DNA of 54,847 bases, filler included, from Bipalium vagum (GCA_037834085.1; 3 parts of 3 records of this genome joined end to end with filler, not necessarily neighbours in it), one strand, 5' to 3'; positions 1 to 13,469 are shown, numbered from the whole stretch's first letter. The notes: a model not told the origin generated them from the letters alone. Program-made: numbers and translations.

Positions 1-66
<66 letters not shown>

Positions 67-90
67 TATTCTTATTAATATTATTGTTAC
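1..90. repeat. (TAT/TTA)n trinucleotide microsatellite at contig start
   Basis: About 20 perfect TAT units, then a degenerate tail. Confidence 0.95.
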
Positions 91-308
91 ATTAATCGTA
101 CCAATAGTACATTAAATGAGACGAAACTCGTATGTCGCTGTCTAATTAAATTGAAAAATCTGCAGGAAATGCGAAATAAATATGCCCGGGGAATCGTTTC
201 ATCGCCGTGGCAGATAATAATCATCAATGCCCAGTCTCCTTCAGCGATGAGCGAGCTTGACAATGATAAATGAAAGAAATAGGCGAAGCATGCAGCAAGA
301 CATCAACA

Positions 309-3300
309 TCAGAAGAGCGCGGCTTTGATCTGAAACGGGACCTGCTCAATCAAGGAGATAAGGCAGAACAGTAGAATCAAGGAGAAATCTTCCTCCGAAA
401 TCCTCGTCGTCGTCCATCCCTGGTTGCAAAGACGCTCATCCATGTCCCAGTCACGCTGACACGCTTGACCACATCTGTGTATGTGTGCATAATAGACAAT
501 GATTTGATCGACAACCGGTGTGTGTGTGTGTGTGTCTTGATTCGAATTTATGTCTTGTGCTTACGTGTGTGTGTGCCTGTCTACTCAGCCCTAGGGCTTA
601 TTACAAATACACACGTACCAATTCTACATACTATTTGCGCACAGTCCTTCATACACACCATGATTCCGTGTAAGTCACTGCAGCACTATGGCAACGGATT
701 TTTTATGATAATTGTAAAAACTCAAGTGAATGGAAATAATTCCCCCTTTATTAACAAATTCCAGTGGGACGGATTAATAAAATATGAAAGAAATACTCAA
801 TTATGCCCTATCAAATTATTAATGATATAATTTCCATATACTTTGTCATTTGTTATCTTGCTCCTTCGGTTCGTGATATCACGGAATAATGTGATATTGA
901 TTAATTCCTTTTCCCGTTGCAGGAGACTTTTAGACTCGCAAAGATTTTTTACGGACGAACAAAAAATTTAGGATTTACGCTCGAACTGAAAAATGTAAAA
1001 TAAACGATATTTATATGATAAGTGGTACTTGAATGTAAAACAGACCCTGAAAACCCAGGGTGCAAAAATATCGATAAATTAACGGTTTATTTGTCTTTAA
1101 TTGGTTTAATTAATTACAAGAGTTGATTAAAACAAATAATTACATTAAATGATTTACAGTATTGTTTGTTTTAATAATTTGGAGATTACCTTGATATGAA
1201 TAGAGAAAACAAATATTTAGAACCCATTATCGATTTTTAATGAATATTCACTCTTAAATCAATATAAACTTTAAATAAAGGTCCAAACCACCACAGTTCC
1301 AGAAAGGAAGATCATAACGGTTTTGATATTGAACTTTCTTACCTTGTTTGCGTTACTTCGAGCCATTTCGTTGAGCGGAAGTCGAATTTCTCCTGCAAGG
1401 AAGTTTTGCAATTGCCAGGGCAAAATGACATCGTCGTGTTGAAATAATTTGAAAAATTGCAGCGGAGACTTTTGCGTTGTATTAATGGAATATTTCCTTC
1501 CTTTTTCCGTAGAATATTTTCTTTCAATCCTGGAAAAACAAATTCCATTTAGACAAAGATCCGGGAAAAGGCAAATGGAAACAAAGTTCTAAAATGACAA
1601 TACGAGACTTACATTTTTCAACATACAAAATAAATTAGTTGGATTTGAGAACTCGTGAACATTGTGATGGAAATTTCGTTGGGAAAATTTTTATATGTTT
1701 GTCTCAGGAGTCATTTTGGTTCATATTGAATTATGAAAATATTTAAAATCTAAATTTAATTTCCACCAATCAAATTGGAGAATGATTTAAATCAACCAAT
1801 GACTGTTGAGACCTTGTCAACTCAATTTGTAAGTAGTACGTGGTTGTAGTACTATCATTTACCGATTTTATTTAGGCTTTATTACTGTTTTCTCACGATA
1901 CAGTTATGAAAAATGAGAATAATGAACGACCAGGTCCTGCACTGTAGTGGAGATCTGCATTGATTTTACTGACCACAACGACATAGCATACCGATAGAAA
2001 TAGTCTCAAAATCACTAGTTACTAATGTCGTAAGTAGAGGTTGTCAAATTAGTAGTGATCATTTTTAAGACTAAATTGAAATGGGATTCATGTGTGACAT
2101 CTCTATTTTGAGAATTGCATGTAAATGTATTTCTATGATTGATTTGGGGCATTTGAACCTATCATCAAGTTCTCGATTAGCTTGTCGAGAATCTATCTGA
2201 ACGACTGATTTTAAGTCATTATCATTTACTATTTAAAGACATAATCCAGCTAATCATCTTTCAGATCCACATTTTCATGTTTACGTCGTTGAAACCATCT
2301 CTTGCATTGACTATTACTAATAACAACATCACCAAACACACCGAAGATTGTTTGCTTTAACATTGCAGCTGCCTTTCTTTATTTAAAATCATGCCCAATA
2401 AAAATTCTAATTTTGTATTTATTGATTATCCATATTTCTAACATCCTTTTCCAACTAAAAATGAACGAAATAAAAAGTAATGTTAATAAAATAATTATAG
2501 ATGAGACAAATATACATAATAAAATTTAAAATGCGCGGTTTCCGGTGGTTTATGTAATAATAATTTTATTCATTAAAACAACCATCTATAATTTAAAAAC
2601 TTACTAAATATTTTTACTAAATCATGCACCCATGATTAATAAAAAGAAACAAAAATATCCGTAAAATTTTATCGCTAATCTTCAATGATCGATTTAATCG
2701 AATTATTTTTGTAACATCCCAGTTAAAATTGATAATAATTTTTACGAGTTCCAGTGGCCAATGAAATTTAATTAATTAATTTAAAAATTAATATTCATTT
2801 ATTTTAATAAAAAACGGGAAAAAATTAAATAAACGAGGCCATTAACGAATTTTTCGCAAATCGTTGAGATAAACGGGGCAATTAATTGGAATAAAATTCT
2901 GATTTTAATTAATAATTTCCCTCGCAAATTACCACGAATGGTTTTGATTGAATTCGAAAAACGACATAAATTATTTCAATGAATTCTGTTGAGAAATTTT
3001 TAATTTTGCCCGTAAAAACAAGAAAAATATGTTTTAATTGATGCTGCCATCAAGCAGTTCTTCTCCCAATTATCCCAACATATATGGGCCGAAACGCTGG
3101 GCAAATTCCGTCTCCACGAGGGCAGACCAAGTCCACTTTGTCAGCGAGACAGCTTCGGGGAAAATGAATATCTTCGAAAGGAACGGGAGCAAGATAAAAA
3201 ATAATTATTATTTTATGGATTTTAATTAAAACGTCTCTCAATTGGGCCATCGCGTTTTATATTCGCACGGAAATTCGGGAAAATAATTAATTAGTTGATT

Positions 3301-6300
3301 TAATTTAATTTATTATTCGTCTTTAATTGCTGCCCTCACACACCCTCTGACCAGATTTCGTCAGACATTTCCATTAATGGAACATTTCATGTTGGAAAGA
3401 AATGAAACGAATTAAAATCGTCTACGACGTCTCAATATGTATACTTTTCCGCTGATTCGAACGACTTGGGAAAATGGGACTGGGTGGATTTTAGAGCCTT
3501 CTCGTCAGATAATCATCCCAAGGTCATCAACCCAGAGCCTATAAGCCTTATATTCGGTGACCTAAAAGTTTCCGACTTTTTTAAAAAATAAAAACCAACA
3601 AATTTTGTCCCATAAATCTAATGTTTATAATCTTCCTCCATTTATCTAATAAAACCACTGCAAAGTTTCGGAGATTTCTGATTAAAAAACTGGACAGTGT
3701 AATTTCCACAGTCTTCTTTTGAAGCCAATGTAATTCCATTAAGAAGGTTCGGTAGAGAGCGGAATAAATGGTAGTCAAATGGTGCCAGGTCGGAAATATA
3801 AGGTGAGGGCTTAATAACTTGTCAACCAAGGCCTCCCAATTTTCGCTGAGTCATGAGAATAGATAGCATGCAGAATCAATTGTTTGAGCAGGTTCACGAT
3901 TCCTTTCCAATCCCTCCATACATATATAATTAAACTTTTTAGAGTTAACCTTGGTTTTGCAGTTGCTTGTAGAGTTTCATCGCTCTTTGACCAGGATATT
4001 TTCCTCAGATTATTGTCATATCCTGTCAATTTTTTATCACCAGTTATCAACCGTTTAAGAAATGGTTCCATTTCATGACTTTTCGGTCACTTAAGAACTT
4101 TTCCGATAAATTATGAGACACCAAAATATTGAGCTTCCTCTATCCGAGCTTTTCAAAATGTTTTAATACAGTTTCTTGACAAATGCCAAAATATTGTGTA
4201 AAATTATAACTGCTTATATTTTCGATTTTTTCCTGGATTTCAATGTCTTTATCTGCTATTGGTCTACCAAAACGAAGTGCATCTGTCACATCGAAGTTGG
4301 CTTTTCGAAACTTACCAAACTTTTTACGGGATGCTCTCTGATACAGAATTAACTCTATAGATATCACATATCTTTCTGGCGGTTTACGTAGTATTGTTTA
4401 TTTTTAGGAAATACAATTTAAGAATATACCTATTTTCTTCCTTGTTTTGAATATTTTACGACATTATTTTGGTTTAATAAAACAACAAATAATATTAAGG
4501 ATTTATTTTCAAATATTCAATAATTAAAATTAGGTAATTGATTTTATATTAGAATCAATAATAATATTGCATTTAGAACTTACAGATCGCTTGCAATTCA
4601 ACTTAAAACAATTCTTGACGAAAACGCTGGGAACTTTTGAAGTCCCGCATTATTTTGTGAAAAAAATTGAAAAGATTTTCCAATAACTGCAGTGTTTTCT
4701 TTCAATGGAAAATATCAATCTTTACTATTTTTTGGTTTGTTAAAAAAGAACCAAAATAAAATTCGTCGTTTAGACAGACAACAAACAAATGCTGAACCAC
4801 CTTTTGATTTCTTTTTTATATCATTTTGGCATTTTGGGAGTCATAAAATTTCCTCAGTTTTTTGGTGAAGAGTCTTCACTTTCAAAACACATCCTCGAAG
4901 AAAATGTGACATTGAGCGAAACAAAAGAAATTGAGAAGCTTTGATATCTGGACAGTATAGCAGATGTCGTAAGGCTGTTGATAACTGTCATTGATTTTCG
5001 CGAAGTATGAGGCTTTGTTTTATCCGCTTGTAATGAAACCTTCCGATTGATTACGGAAGAATATTTTGTTGTCATAACTTCGTGCATTCTCTTCTCTGCT
5101 GAATAAATGTTCGAGTTTAAACTATTACCACATGGTAGAAGTTCAAAGAAAAGAGTATTCAATCGCAGTTCTAAAAATTGGAGAGGACCTTTTGTTTCAA
5201 AATCCCTGTCAAGAAATGGGTGGCTCATTCGTTGATTGGCCAGTGATATTTTTGTATCAGTTATTAAATAACACCCGTTTTCATCTATGACAACGGTAGT
5301 TCAAAGGTTTTTTAAGTCACTTTTCAAATTTCAAACCTTATATTTGTCTAACTTTACTATAGTTCAAGAGAGTCAATTGAAGGGGTCTTTATTTTTCCCA
5401 ATAGAATAAAAATGTTGTTAGATGGTGGACTTTAAAGGACAAACTTCAGCGGCTAATTGACGAATTGATTGAGACGGATTGGATGCATCAGTATCTTCCA
5501 ATATATCGTGTGCCAATAAAGTAAGTGCACAGAACTCTGATGTTGTTAATGTATGGAATAACGCATTTCAAACTGTTGATACATATAAATGTTGTACTTT
5601 GACATGTCTAGTTTGTTTTAAATTAGTGATCTAGTCATCTCCCTGGTGGTAACTATTAAGTTTCTAAAGAACCCGTGTCTCAAATAGTTTCGATTTGTTA
5701 GATTCGTTGGGATTTTTTCAAAATTGATTTGAATAGGATGTTCATAAAATGATTATCTTGTGTTTTCACATGTAGCCCACGTAAAAGTCTTACAACAGAG
5801 AATCCTTGTCAAACGATGATTATTGTTAATCTTATAATTCTAAACACAAGTGTTTCGCAACTGTCCCACAAATATACTTCTCAAAATGTTCGAAATCCAA
5901 GCCCATCCAATTCTTCATCTGACTTCGATGAATTGCGTCCCTGTCACAGGCCAATCTCAAATGCGAATGTTCAAAAATATCCATCGGCCCATTCCATTGC
6001 ACTGTCAAAATCGGACAGTCTGGATGTACTGAAGTACTTAGGAGGGATGCCTAGCTAAATGCCTGTGGAGACTGGCTGGATCAAATTAAATAGGACTGGT
6101 TTCGATGTAATTTTCATTGCGAAACAGAGAATGTCAAAATGAAAAATGGGCAAATATGTTATCTGTACGGGGAATAATATTCTAAAAATAAGCAGATCAC
6201 TTCATTGATTAAGGAAGTAAAGCTGTCCTGAAAATTTCTTCATTTAAACATGAAATTAATTAAATTGTTTTTTTTATAAATAATAACAAATATTAGTCAT

Positions 6301-9300
6301 ATTATTATATAAATATATTATTATTCATGTAATTATTATTTATTAAAATTAAATTAATTTGGTTAGTTTTTAGTTTAAATGCCACTATAAAATGAAGGTC
6401 AGATAATTTTGTTTAAATATATCATTTTTATTTAATAATAATATATAATATTCTTATATATTATACGTTGAATGGAATATTATGATTGTACAATTAATAA
6501 TAAGTCAAAAAATGATATAATAATATTTGATAAACAACATTAGAATTTGTGGATCTTAATGCAATAAGAAATGAATCCCAAATGTACTTTTTATTTATTC
6601 TTCTCTATATAAATACTAAGAGATGGTCTTGTATTTTGTCTATGGTCCTATTTATTCCTTTAATTTAAACTTTGAGGCCATTCCAGGTACCTTCTATTGT
6701 GTTAGTACTGACTCCCGTTATTTCATTCTTGAATTCTTTAGAATGACTTACTGTTCCATGTTGGTATCGTATAGTTTTTAAATTATTGTAATCTTTCCAC
6801 ATGTCTTTATTTATTATTGAACCTGGTTTTACATGATCTGAGATGATTTTGAGGCTTTCTTAAGCCATAGGTATGCAATGTATAGGATTTGATGACATTA
6901 AATGTTGTGGTTATTGAAAATGCATCTTTTTATTTGCTTTGATTTTCTGCAAGATTTACGACCAAATCTAAAGCTCATTTGAATTAATTGAAGTTTCATT
7001 TTGATCTTGCACGATTTACAAGTTGATTCAACTGGTAATATATATTTTCCCATCAAAAATTGAATACGTTCTTCTTCATTTATTAAAATATTGTGAATTT
7101 GGGTAAATTTTTTAATCATCCTATTAAATATATCATTTTTATATTATAAAAAATATTAGAACTCTTACTAATTAACGAATTTTTATAAAAGTTTTTAAAA
7201 AATTATAAATTTTTGTATATTCGCTTATTTATAATGATTAAAATAGATATTTTAAACAAAACCACTTTTGGTAGCACTTATTCTAAACAAACCCCATTAA
7301 TTTTAAATTATAAAAACATTATTTAAATGAAGACACGTGGTACAATTTTTTGTATTCATCAATAAAATTATTTTGATAAGGATATTTTTTGTTAAAATAA
7401 ATATTTTGTTACTAAAATTAACCAAAAGTACATTTGGTAAAGGTCATATATAAATTAGTGGAGGTTCAGATTAAAGGTTGATTCACTTTTCTTTGTCTAC
7501 AGAACTCATTAATTCAAACCACATATTTGATGGGGATTCAAATAAAAATGGAGGATTAAATTTGATTAGAGCGCTACAAAATGTTGGTTGTTTAAAATCA
7601 TCAAATAAATTATAAAAATAATCAATAGATTTAATTGATAAATAATAAATTATAAAGTAAAAGTAAAATATCCTTCAAATAGATCTTCTAAATGATGATA
7701 TTTGTTATTACATTAAGCGTAACATTGACATAAAAATCAAGGGGTATAGGTATAAGGAGAGCCGTATATCATTGATAATTATTTAAAAATTAATTAGATT
7801 TTATTTGTAAAATTAATATATTAAAACAAACCAATGACGTATGTTTTTTTATTCAAGTTTCAGCCAATATGAAATTTAAATTTTAAAATTTTACCAATCA
7901 TATGGTAACATTATCTCATCAAGGAATAGTTGGTCCTCTTCAATTCCCAATTTAAAATTGTGTAGATTTTAATTACTAGAAGCATGGGTTTCGCTGATCC
8001 TCTTTCACAGGGTGACAATGGACATGGCAGAAATTCACTGAAGATTTGGTTATTTTAATATACCATATTTGGTTTTTTTCTTATTTCCCTGTTCCTTTTA
8101 TAAGTAATCTATAAATATTTTAAAAAAAAGATTTGAATACTAAAAAATCACCATTAACACAAGAGGACGCTGTTTCACTTAAACATTAAACAAAAATACC
8201 TTTTGATGAGTTATGTCTGGAATGCTCCATTGAAAGTGATATTTTAGAGATAATCTGAATGCTCTAGAAGAATTTTTTGACAAAAATTAGGATGTTCTGG
8301 ACAAAAGAACAAGCTAAAGATACAAAAGCTGAAAGCATTGGTCAATAAAGGCCTCAAAATCAAAATGATCTTGGCAAATCACAAAACATTTACATTTTTG
8401 ACATGTCAATGTTTAAAAGTTATGGTAAGATTGATTAGCAGAGAAATGAACACCTTGTAATTCAAAGTCTAGAAATTTCGAGAAGCACAAGGTTACATTT
8501 GAAACTTTGATATTTAGCTTACAAAAAGGTTTGAGTGACAAAAATGACATTTATTTCTACAACCACACATACTAGGAAACGATATGAAACCGTGGCCAGC
8601 ATTGCAAAGAATGACCAGTGAGGATCATATGTGGGAAGAAGGCTCTGACATATAAGTGCTAAGACGATGAATGTGTCATTCATTATCATGTGCTGGACCA
8701 GGTAAACTGTTTGAGCATGATATTTGAAGATAAGCGATCACAGTATCATCAATAGAAGATTAACTAATGATTCTTTCTCTTGCCGTAATATTTTAGTGGG
8801 TAATTTTTTTAACCGTTTTGATACAATGAGTCCCAACTCATTTCAATTTATCATCTGTTTCATTTGTTATGGCACTCAATATTGTTGTTGTCGAACCGTC
8901 TCCATGAACTTTAAACGCCTGACCTGGTCGTTTTTTCTCTTTATTCTAAAGCGTTCATAATCACCGCAATACTTGAACAGAATTTAATAAGTTCTTCGGC
9001 ATATTTCTCAATATTTTTACAAAATTAATCTCAATAACTTATTTTATAATAATCTGTTTTCGATTCATTTTTGAATTTTCCCGCCAAATTTCACACATTC
9101 AAACAAAATTGATAATTCTTGGTTTAGCTCTAAAATGTTAATTACGAAATGTTATAACTTTATTAATTATCGTTATCTTTAATTTTCTTATAAAAACTTA
9201 ATAATTTAATTATATTTTTAAACAATTCTGTTAATATATATTCTAAACGTTTTCGTTACATTTTAAATTCTTTTATTTAAGATTTTTATTAGGTCGGGAA

Positions 9301-11745
9301 TAAAATCCCGGTTTTAATATATTCAAACTTGACCATAAATTTTTTGAAAACGCATTTGTTTGAACGCACTAATTTATACACCATTTGACAGCGCAGAAAT
9401 GGTTTTACATGTCCATGGGTTCACTTTACTATTATTAATAGTTTTTAATTTGTTGAGGTCATGTTAGAACAATAACAATTATAATCAATAGCCCTGAAAG
9501 AGTTCAATTTTGCCATAGTGGAGTTGGGACCACTCACAAAATCAAAGAAGCATTCGGTATGGAGTAAAACAAAAGTTTAAATCGTTGGAAACAGTTAAAA
9601 GTTGACAATTATGAATTAAAGGTCTTAGTGGAGACAAATCCACGTATAACTGTTCTGGAGCTTACCAAAAAACAAATATTCAGTCAGCCAACAATCCTAC
9701 GTCACATCTACCAACTTGGGAAAACAACGATGCTCGCTAAATGGATGTCTCACGAATTAAATGATTTCTCAAAAAAATCAATGCTATAAAATATAATCGG
9801 TGCTCTTTTGTATTACAACGACTGATCTCTTCATCATATTGTGACCAGCCATAAAAAATGATTTTTTGCGACACCTGAGGGTAACCATCACAGTGGCTGT
9901 ACATTGGCCACTTTTGTTTGTAATTGCAACAAAACAAGACTGGTGTTTGGTTGGTGGTACGTGGTCGGTCTGATTCATTACAGATACTTAAATCCATTAG
10001 AAACTGACATTAGAAAGAAGTCGACAAGATGAACCAGAAATTGCAGTCGTTATGCCCGCATTGGTGATTAGAAAACTTGTGTTGGCAGAAATTTGTTGCT
10101 TGATATGGATCATATCTTGAATAAAACACTTTCCTTTCTTTCGAGATTTTAACGAATACATTCTTTGGTTAAAAGGAGCAGTTGTTTTCTTCCCAGCCTG
10201 ATAATTGTGGCATGTGTTTCCAATTACATTTAAACTCCAAATGCTAGTTGTAAGAGTATCATTACAACCGTAAATCGTGTTCTGTCGATCTCAAAATGGA
10301 TTGGAACATGGACCAAAAACACCATGAAACTCCGTGAAAGAAGGTTTTTTTATTTTACCAAAGCCATTTCAAAAACATTCTCAATTTGTGAATTTTAACA
10401 CTTTGGTTAAAGAAATAGCAAAGAGAAGGTTTCAAACAGGAGGACACCCCTATGGAAAGAGCTTGCAACAAAGAAGGATTTCGAAAAAATCTCTGCTTTC
10501 ATCATCATTTCTTGACCTCGCTTGGTATACCCTAGCAGCCAGACATGAAAAACCTCATATGACAATCTTTCATGGTGTAACCTTAGCTTTGACCGTTGGT
10601 CTCAAGACATCAGAGAAAATAACTTGAATAAAAATATTTTTAATTTGTTTCACGGTTCACCTGGACCTTGGTAAGCAATCACAGTAAACAATGAAAGATC
10701 GACAAAATCGTTTCCGATAAGAAAAGTCCCTGAATCAACTTTTGTCAAGGAATGGAAATGCTTCCGTTTTCTGAAGAAACGATTATGAGGTGGTCAACAT
10801 TGTTTGGTCCTTTCCGTTTTCAGAAATTTGAAACGTGTAATTGTTTAAACGAAAAGAAAAAAAAATTATCTCTGAATATTTTTATTCATTATAAAAATTT
10901 TTATTTACTTATTTTAATTAAATTCGTTCTAAAAATATTATTTATTATTTTTAAAATATTTTATTATATTATTTATTATTTCTAAATTTTTATTAATAAC
11001 TGATTATTTTTTGTTTATTTTATGTTATATATGTAATATAATATATAATATAATATAATATTAAAATTTAACTTATCTTTAAAAATTATTTATTATTATT
11101 CATTAAATTAATTAAACGAAATGTGTTATTGTTTTAATGAATAAAAAAAATTAATAATTATTATTTAATATTTTTTTTCATAATTAACATTTTTTAATTT
11201 AATTAAAAATTAATTTAATTTATTTATTTTAATTAAATTTGATTTTAAAAAATTTACTTTTTATATATAATTTATAATAAAATATTTTAAATGATTAAAA
11301 CAATATTTATATTATTTCTAATTTTTATTTATTATTTATATCATATATATTATTTATTTATATATTATTTTATATTTATATTATTTTATTAAATATATTT
11401 ATTATTATTTATATATTTATACTATTCATTATTATATATATATAATATAAACTATATTTTTTAATATTTATAATAATTTATAATTTAAAAATCAACCTAA
11501 TTGTTAAAGTCTGTATTAATTTAAAAGGAAAATAAATGTATTTTTGTTTTAATTGTTAATCAAAAATTTATTTAATTTACCTTTAGTCTTTTCACATTAA
11601 TATTGGGAATGTTAAGATGAACATAATTTGATTAATATTGAAAGGATCCAGAAAAACAGTTTTGACTTACTGAAATCTGTTCAGACGAGGCATTGGTAGG
11701 GAAGCTGTCGTTCAAAAGTTCATCCTCCCAATCCCTCTTGGTCAT
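309..11745 (-). CDS. Tentative 3-exon orphan gene (~96 aa); exons 11745-11671, 1392-1343, 474-309
   Basis: Three GC-richer islands. There are GTAAG donors at 11670 and 1342 and CAG acceptors before 1392 and 474. Phases (0, 2) join into one open frame: MTKRDWEDELLNDSFPTNASSEQIS-EKFDFRSTKWLEVTQT-R-CGQACQRDWDMDERLCNQGWTTTRISEEDFSLILLFCLISLIEQVPFQIKAALF*. No homology recognised. Confidence 0.3.
1800..2250 (-). mobile_element. Highly decayed CR1-like non-LTR retrotransposon RT fragment (tentative)
   Basis: Minus-strand fragments 'ITTNLTTSTYDISN' and 'VQDLVVHYS' weakly recall the CR1/L2 RT motifs STxTNLL and VKDLGV. Many stops. Confidence 0.25.
3551..4653 (-). mobile_element. Degenerate mariner (DD34D-type) transposon
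   Basis: ORF fragments KFRKANFDVTDALRFGRP, EPFLKRLITGDKKLTGYDN (= IVTGDEKW.YDN), KPRLTLKSLIIYVWRDWKGIV, and a PHLIFPTWHH region corresponding to HPPYSPDLAP. Degenerate inverted ends: tattcggtgacctaaaagtttcc (3551) and gggaacttttgaagtcccgcatta (~4629-4652). Confidence 0.85.
4800..5620 (-). mobile_element. Degenerate mariner transposase remnant
   Basis: ORF 4854-5228 contains FFELLPCGNSLNSNIY...VINRKVSLQADKTKPHTSRK, matching mariner YELLPxGxTIN...NRKGVILHHDNARPHT. Boundaries approximate. Confidence 0.8.
6560..7130 (-). mobile_element. Merlin (IS1016/ISXO2-like) transposase remnant
   Basis: Minus-strand frames give HVKPGSIINKDMWKDY and YQHGTVSHSKEFKNEITGVSTNTIEGTWNGLK, the ISXO2/Merlin signature (PGSxIxxDxWxxY...HxTVNHS...TGxxTNxIEGxW). 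ORF 6898-7119 has an N-terminal CKSC zinc-ribbon-like motif. Frameshifted and internally deleted. Confidence 0.85.
9289..10080 (+). mobile_element. Degenerate mariner transposon, 5' part
   Basis: TA followed by TIR-like ttaggtcgggaataaaatcccggtttt at 9289. Translated fragments ELKVLVETNPRITVLELT and WMSHEL (= WVPHEL). Confidence 0.7.
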
Positions 11746-13155
11746 CAACACATTCCTCGAAAGACTCCTGGAAAAGGTACCGGCAAAAAGGAAACCGTTT
11801 CCACAAAAATCCTTGGAAATGCTTTCGAAATCGAATAGTCTGGAATCGTTCCCCGACAGTCGTTTGTTACCGGTTCAAAGAATAATGATGGATTGATAAA
11901 AAATGAAAATTAAAACAAAATGCAAGACCAAAGGATTTATTTCGGTTGTCAGCTCATGTTTGGTTGATGGCAACAGTTGGGAATAATTATCTGAAATGGC
12001 ATTTCAGTCGTTTTTCCCTTTGGAAGTCGACAACTGTTTCCCACGTCGCAGACCCAGCCCGTCTGGTTTCAGATGTGGTGTGAACATCAATCGGTTCGGG
12101 AATTTCTCTCCATTAATTATTATTGACTTTAATCGTTGTAAAATATAAATAAAATAATGAATTATTAGCTTCTTGTCCCTTTCCCCACGGTTGGTTTCAA
12201 CGTGGAGATTTGGTGTTCTTTTGTATTTAGTATGCTTTGCCCCGAACGTGTCTTGGCCCCGAAACTTGGATTTAATTAAATTGTCCATGTCACACCATTG
12301 AGATGTCTCTAGCCATGAGCCAATTCCTGTACCAAGTTCCTCATTATAGTTTTATTGATTATTTTAATAAAAGGAAATCCCGTTTAGGAGGATAATAAAA
12401 TTTCAGTTTATCTCAACGACAAATTTTCTCCCCCTTTTCCAAAGCCTAATTGAATATCATTTCATCTCTTGAGATGAGGAATCCAGACCCCCTCCCGCTG
12501 TTGACACTGCCACGCAAAGTACAAAAATTAACAAATTCCCCTCAGAAATTTAAGAAATAGCTCTCAGAACGAGAGAGAGAATAATTAATAAAATTTATAA
12601 TGATATATTTCACCAAAATTGTTTTTTGAGGACTTTTTACGCTCCTTTTTTATTGGAGACAATCTTAGGAATCCCATTTGAATCGTCTGTCTGCTATTAG
12701 GTCGTTTCAAAGGCTTCCATGGTTCTGAGAGTGTAAATTTCTTTAATCATAATAAATATTTTTAAAAATTCTTAAAAATTGATTTAATCATTGATATTTT
12801 ACCATTAAAGGATATTTGTAAGTTTTGTTTAAATAAATATGTCAACGCGTTTATTTGAATTTATATTTATAGTAAAATGAATACAGAAATAAGTAAAGTT
12901 TGAGGTTTGATCAGTCAGTATTGGAAAGGGGGATTTGCTATTGCCGCCATGACAAGGACTTTTTGTGATATTAAAGTGAAAGGTGTCGTTGTCTAGTCCA
13001 GAGTTACAGATTTTTTCAGAAAGTTTCTAGGCGAACACACATGCTGATAATTGATAATAATACTAATAATTGATAATAATACTCTTTGATAAATGAAGGG
13101 GTTAATATGAAACATTAATTGATTACCGCATATAAATAATTTTTTTAATCAAAAT

Positions 13156-13469
13156 ATGCAAAATTACAATCAATACAACGCTGCCAACGGAGACAATTTT
13201 ATTGTTTAGGACAGATTTTTCAACTTTTCAGTCTGGTCATGAAGCTCAAGAATTCTTCATCAACAACATCAATAGTCCCAAAAAAATGCAAATCGACCAA
13301 ATTGTCCAGGATTACTCCCGATTGAAAACTATTTGGCCAAAATGAAATCTAAAATAAAAGGAACGAATTTCAAAACAATTAACCTTATGAATTCCGGTGT
13401 AAGTGGCGTTATCAACCACAGGAGATCAGCAGAAAGGATGTCCAGACTCTCATTCAAAGGGGTATTTAA
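13156..13469 (+). CDS. Putative small EF-hand pair (calcium-binding-like) protein, 75 aa; exons 13156-13203, 13232-13274, 13310-13398, 13422-13469
   Basis: Removing GT-AG introns of 28, 35 and 23 nt gives MQNYNQYNAANGDNFISGHEAQEFFINNINRLLPIENYLAKMKSKIKGTNFKTINLMNSGEISRKDVQTLIQRGI*. Two 12-residue EF-loop-like motifs (AANGDNFISGHE; NLMNSGEISRKD, preceded by FKTI) each form across a splice junction. AATAAA lies at ~13513. The intron 2 donor (GTCCCA) is weak. Confidence 0.55.

Noticed and set aside
465-830. 121-aa ORF
   Set aside because: Non-ATG start, runs through (GT)n microsatellite (CVCVCV), and shows no recognisable motif.
10334-10850. 97-aa and 77-aa ORFs in a moderately GC-rich block
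   Set aside because: No recognisable motif or consistent splice chain; probably a decayed repeat that I cannot classify.
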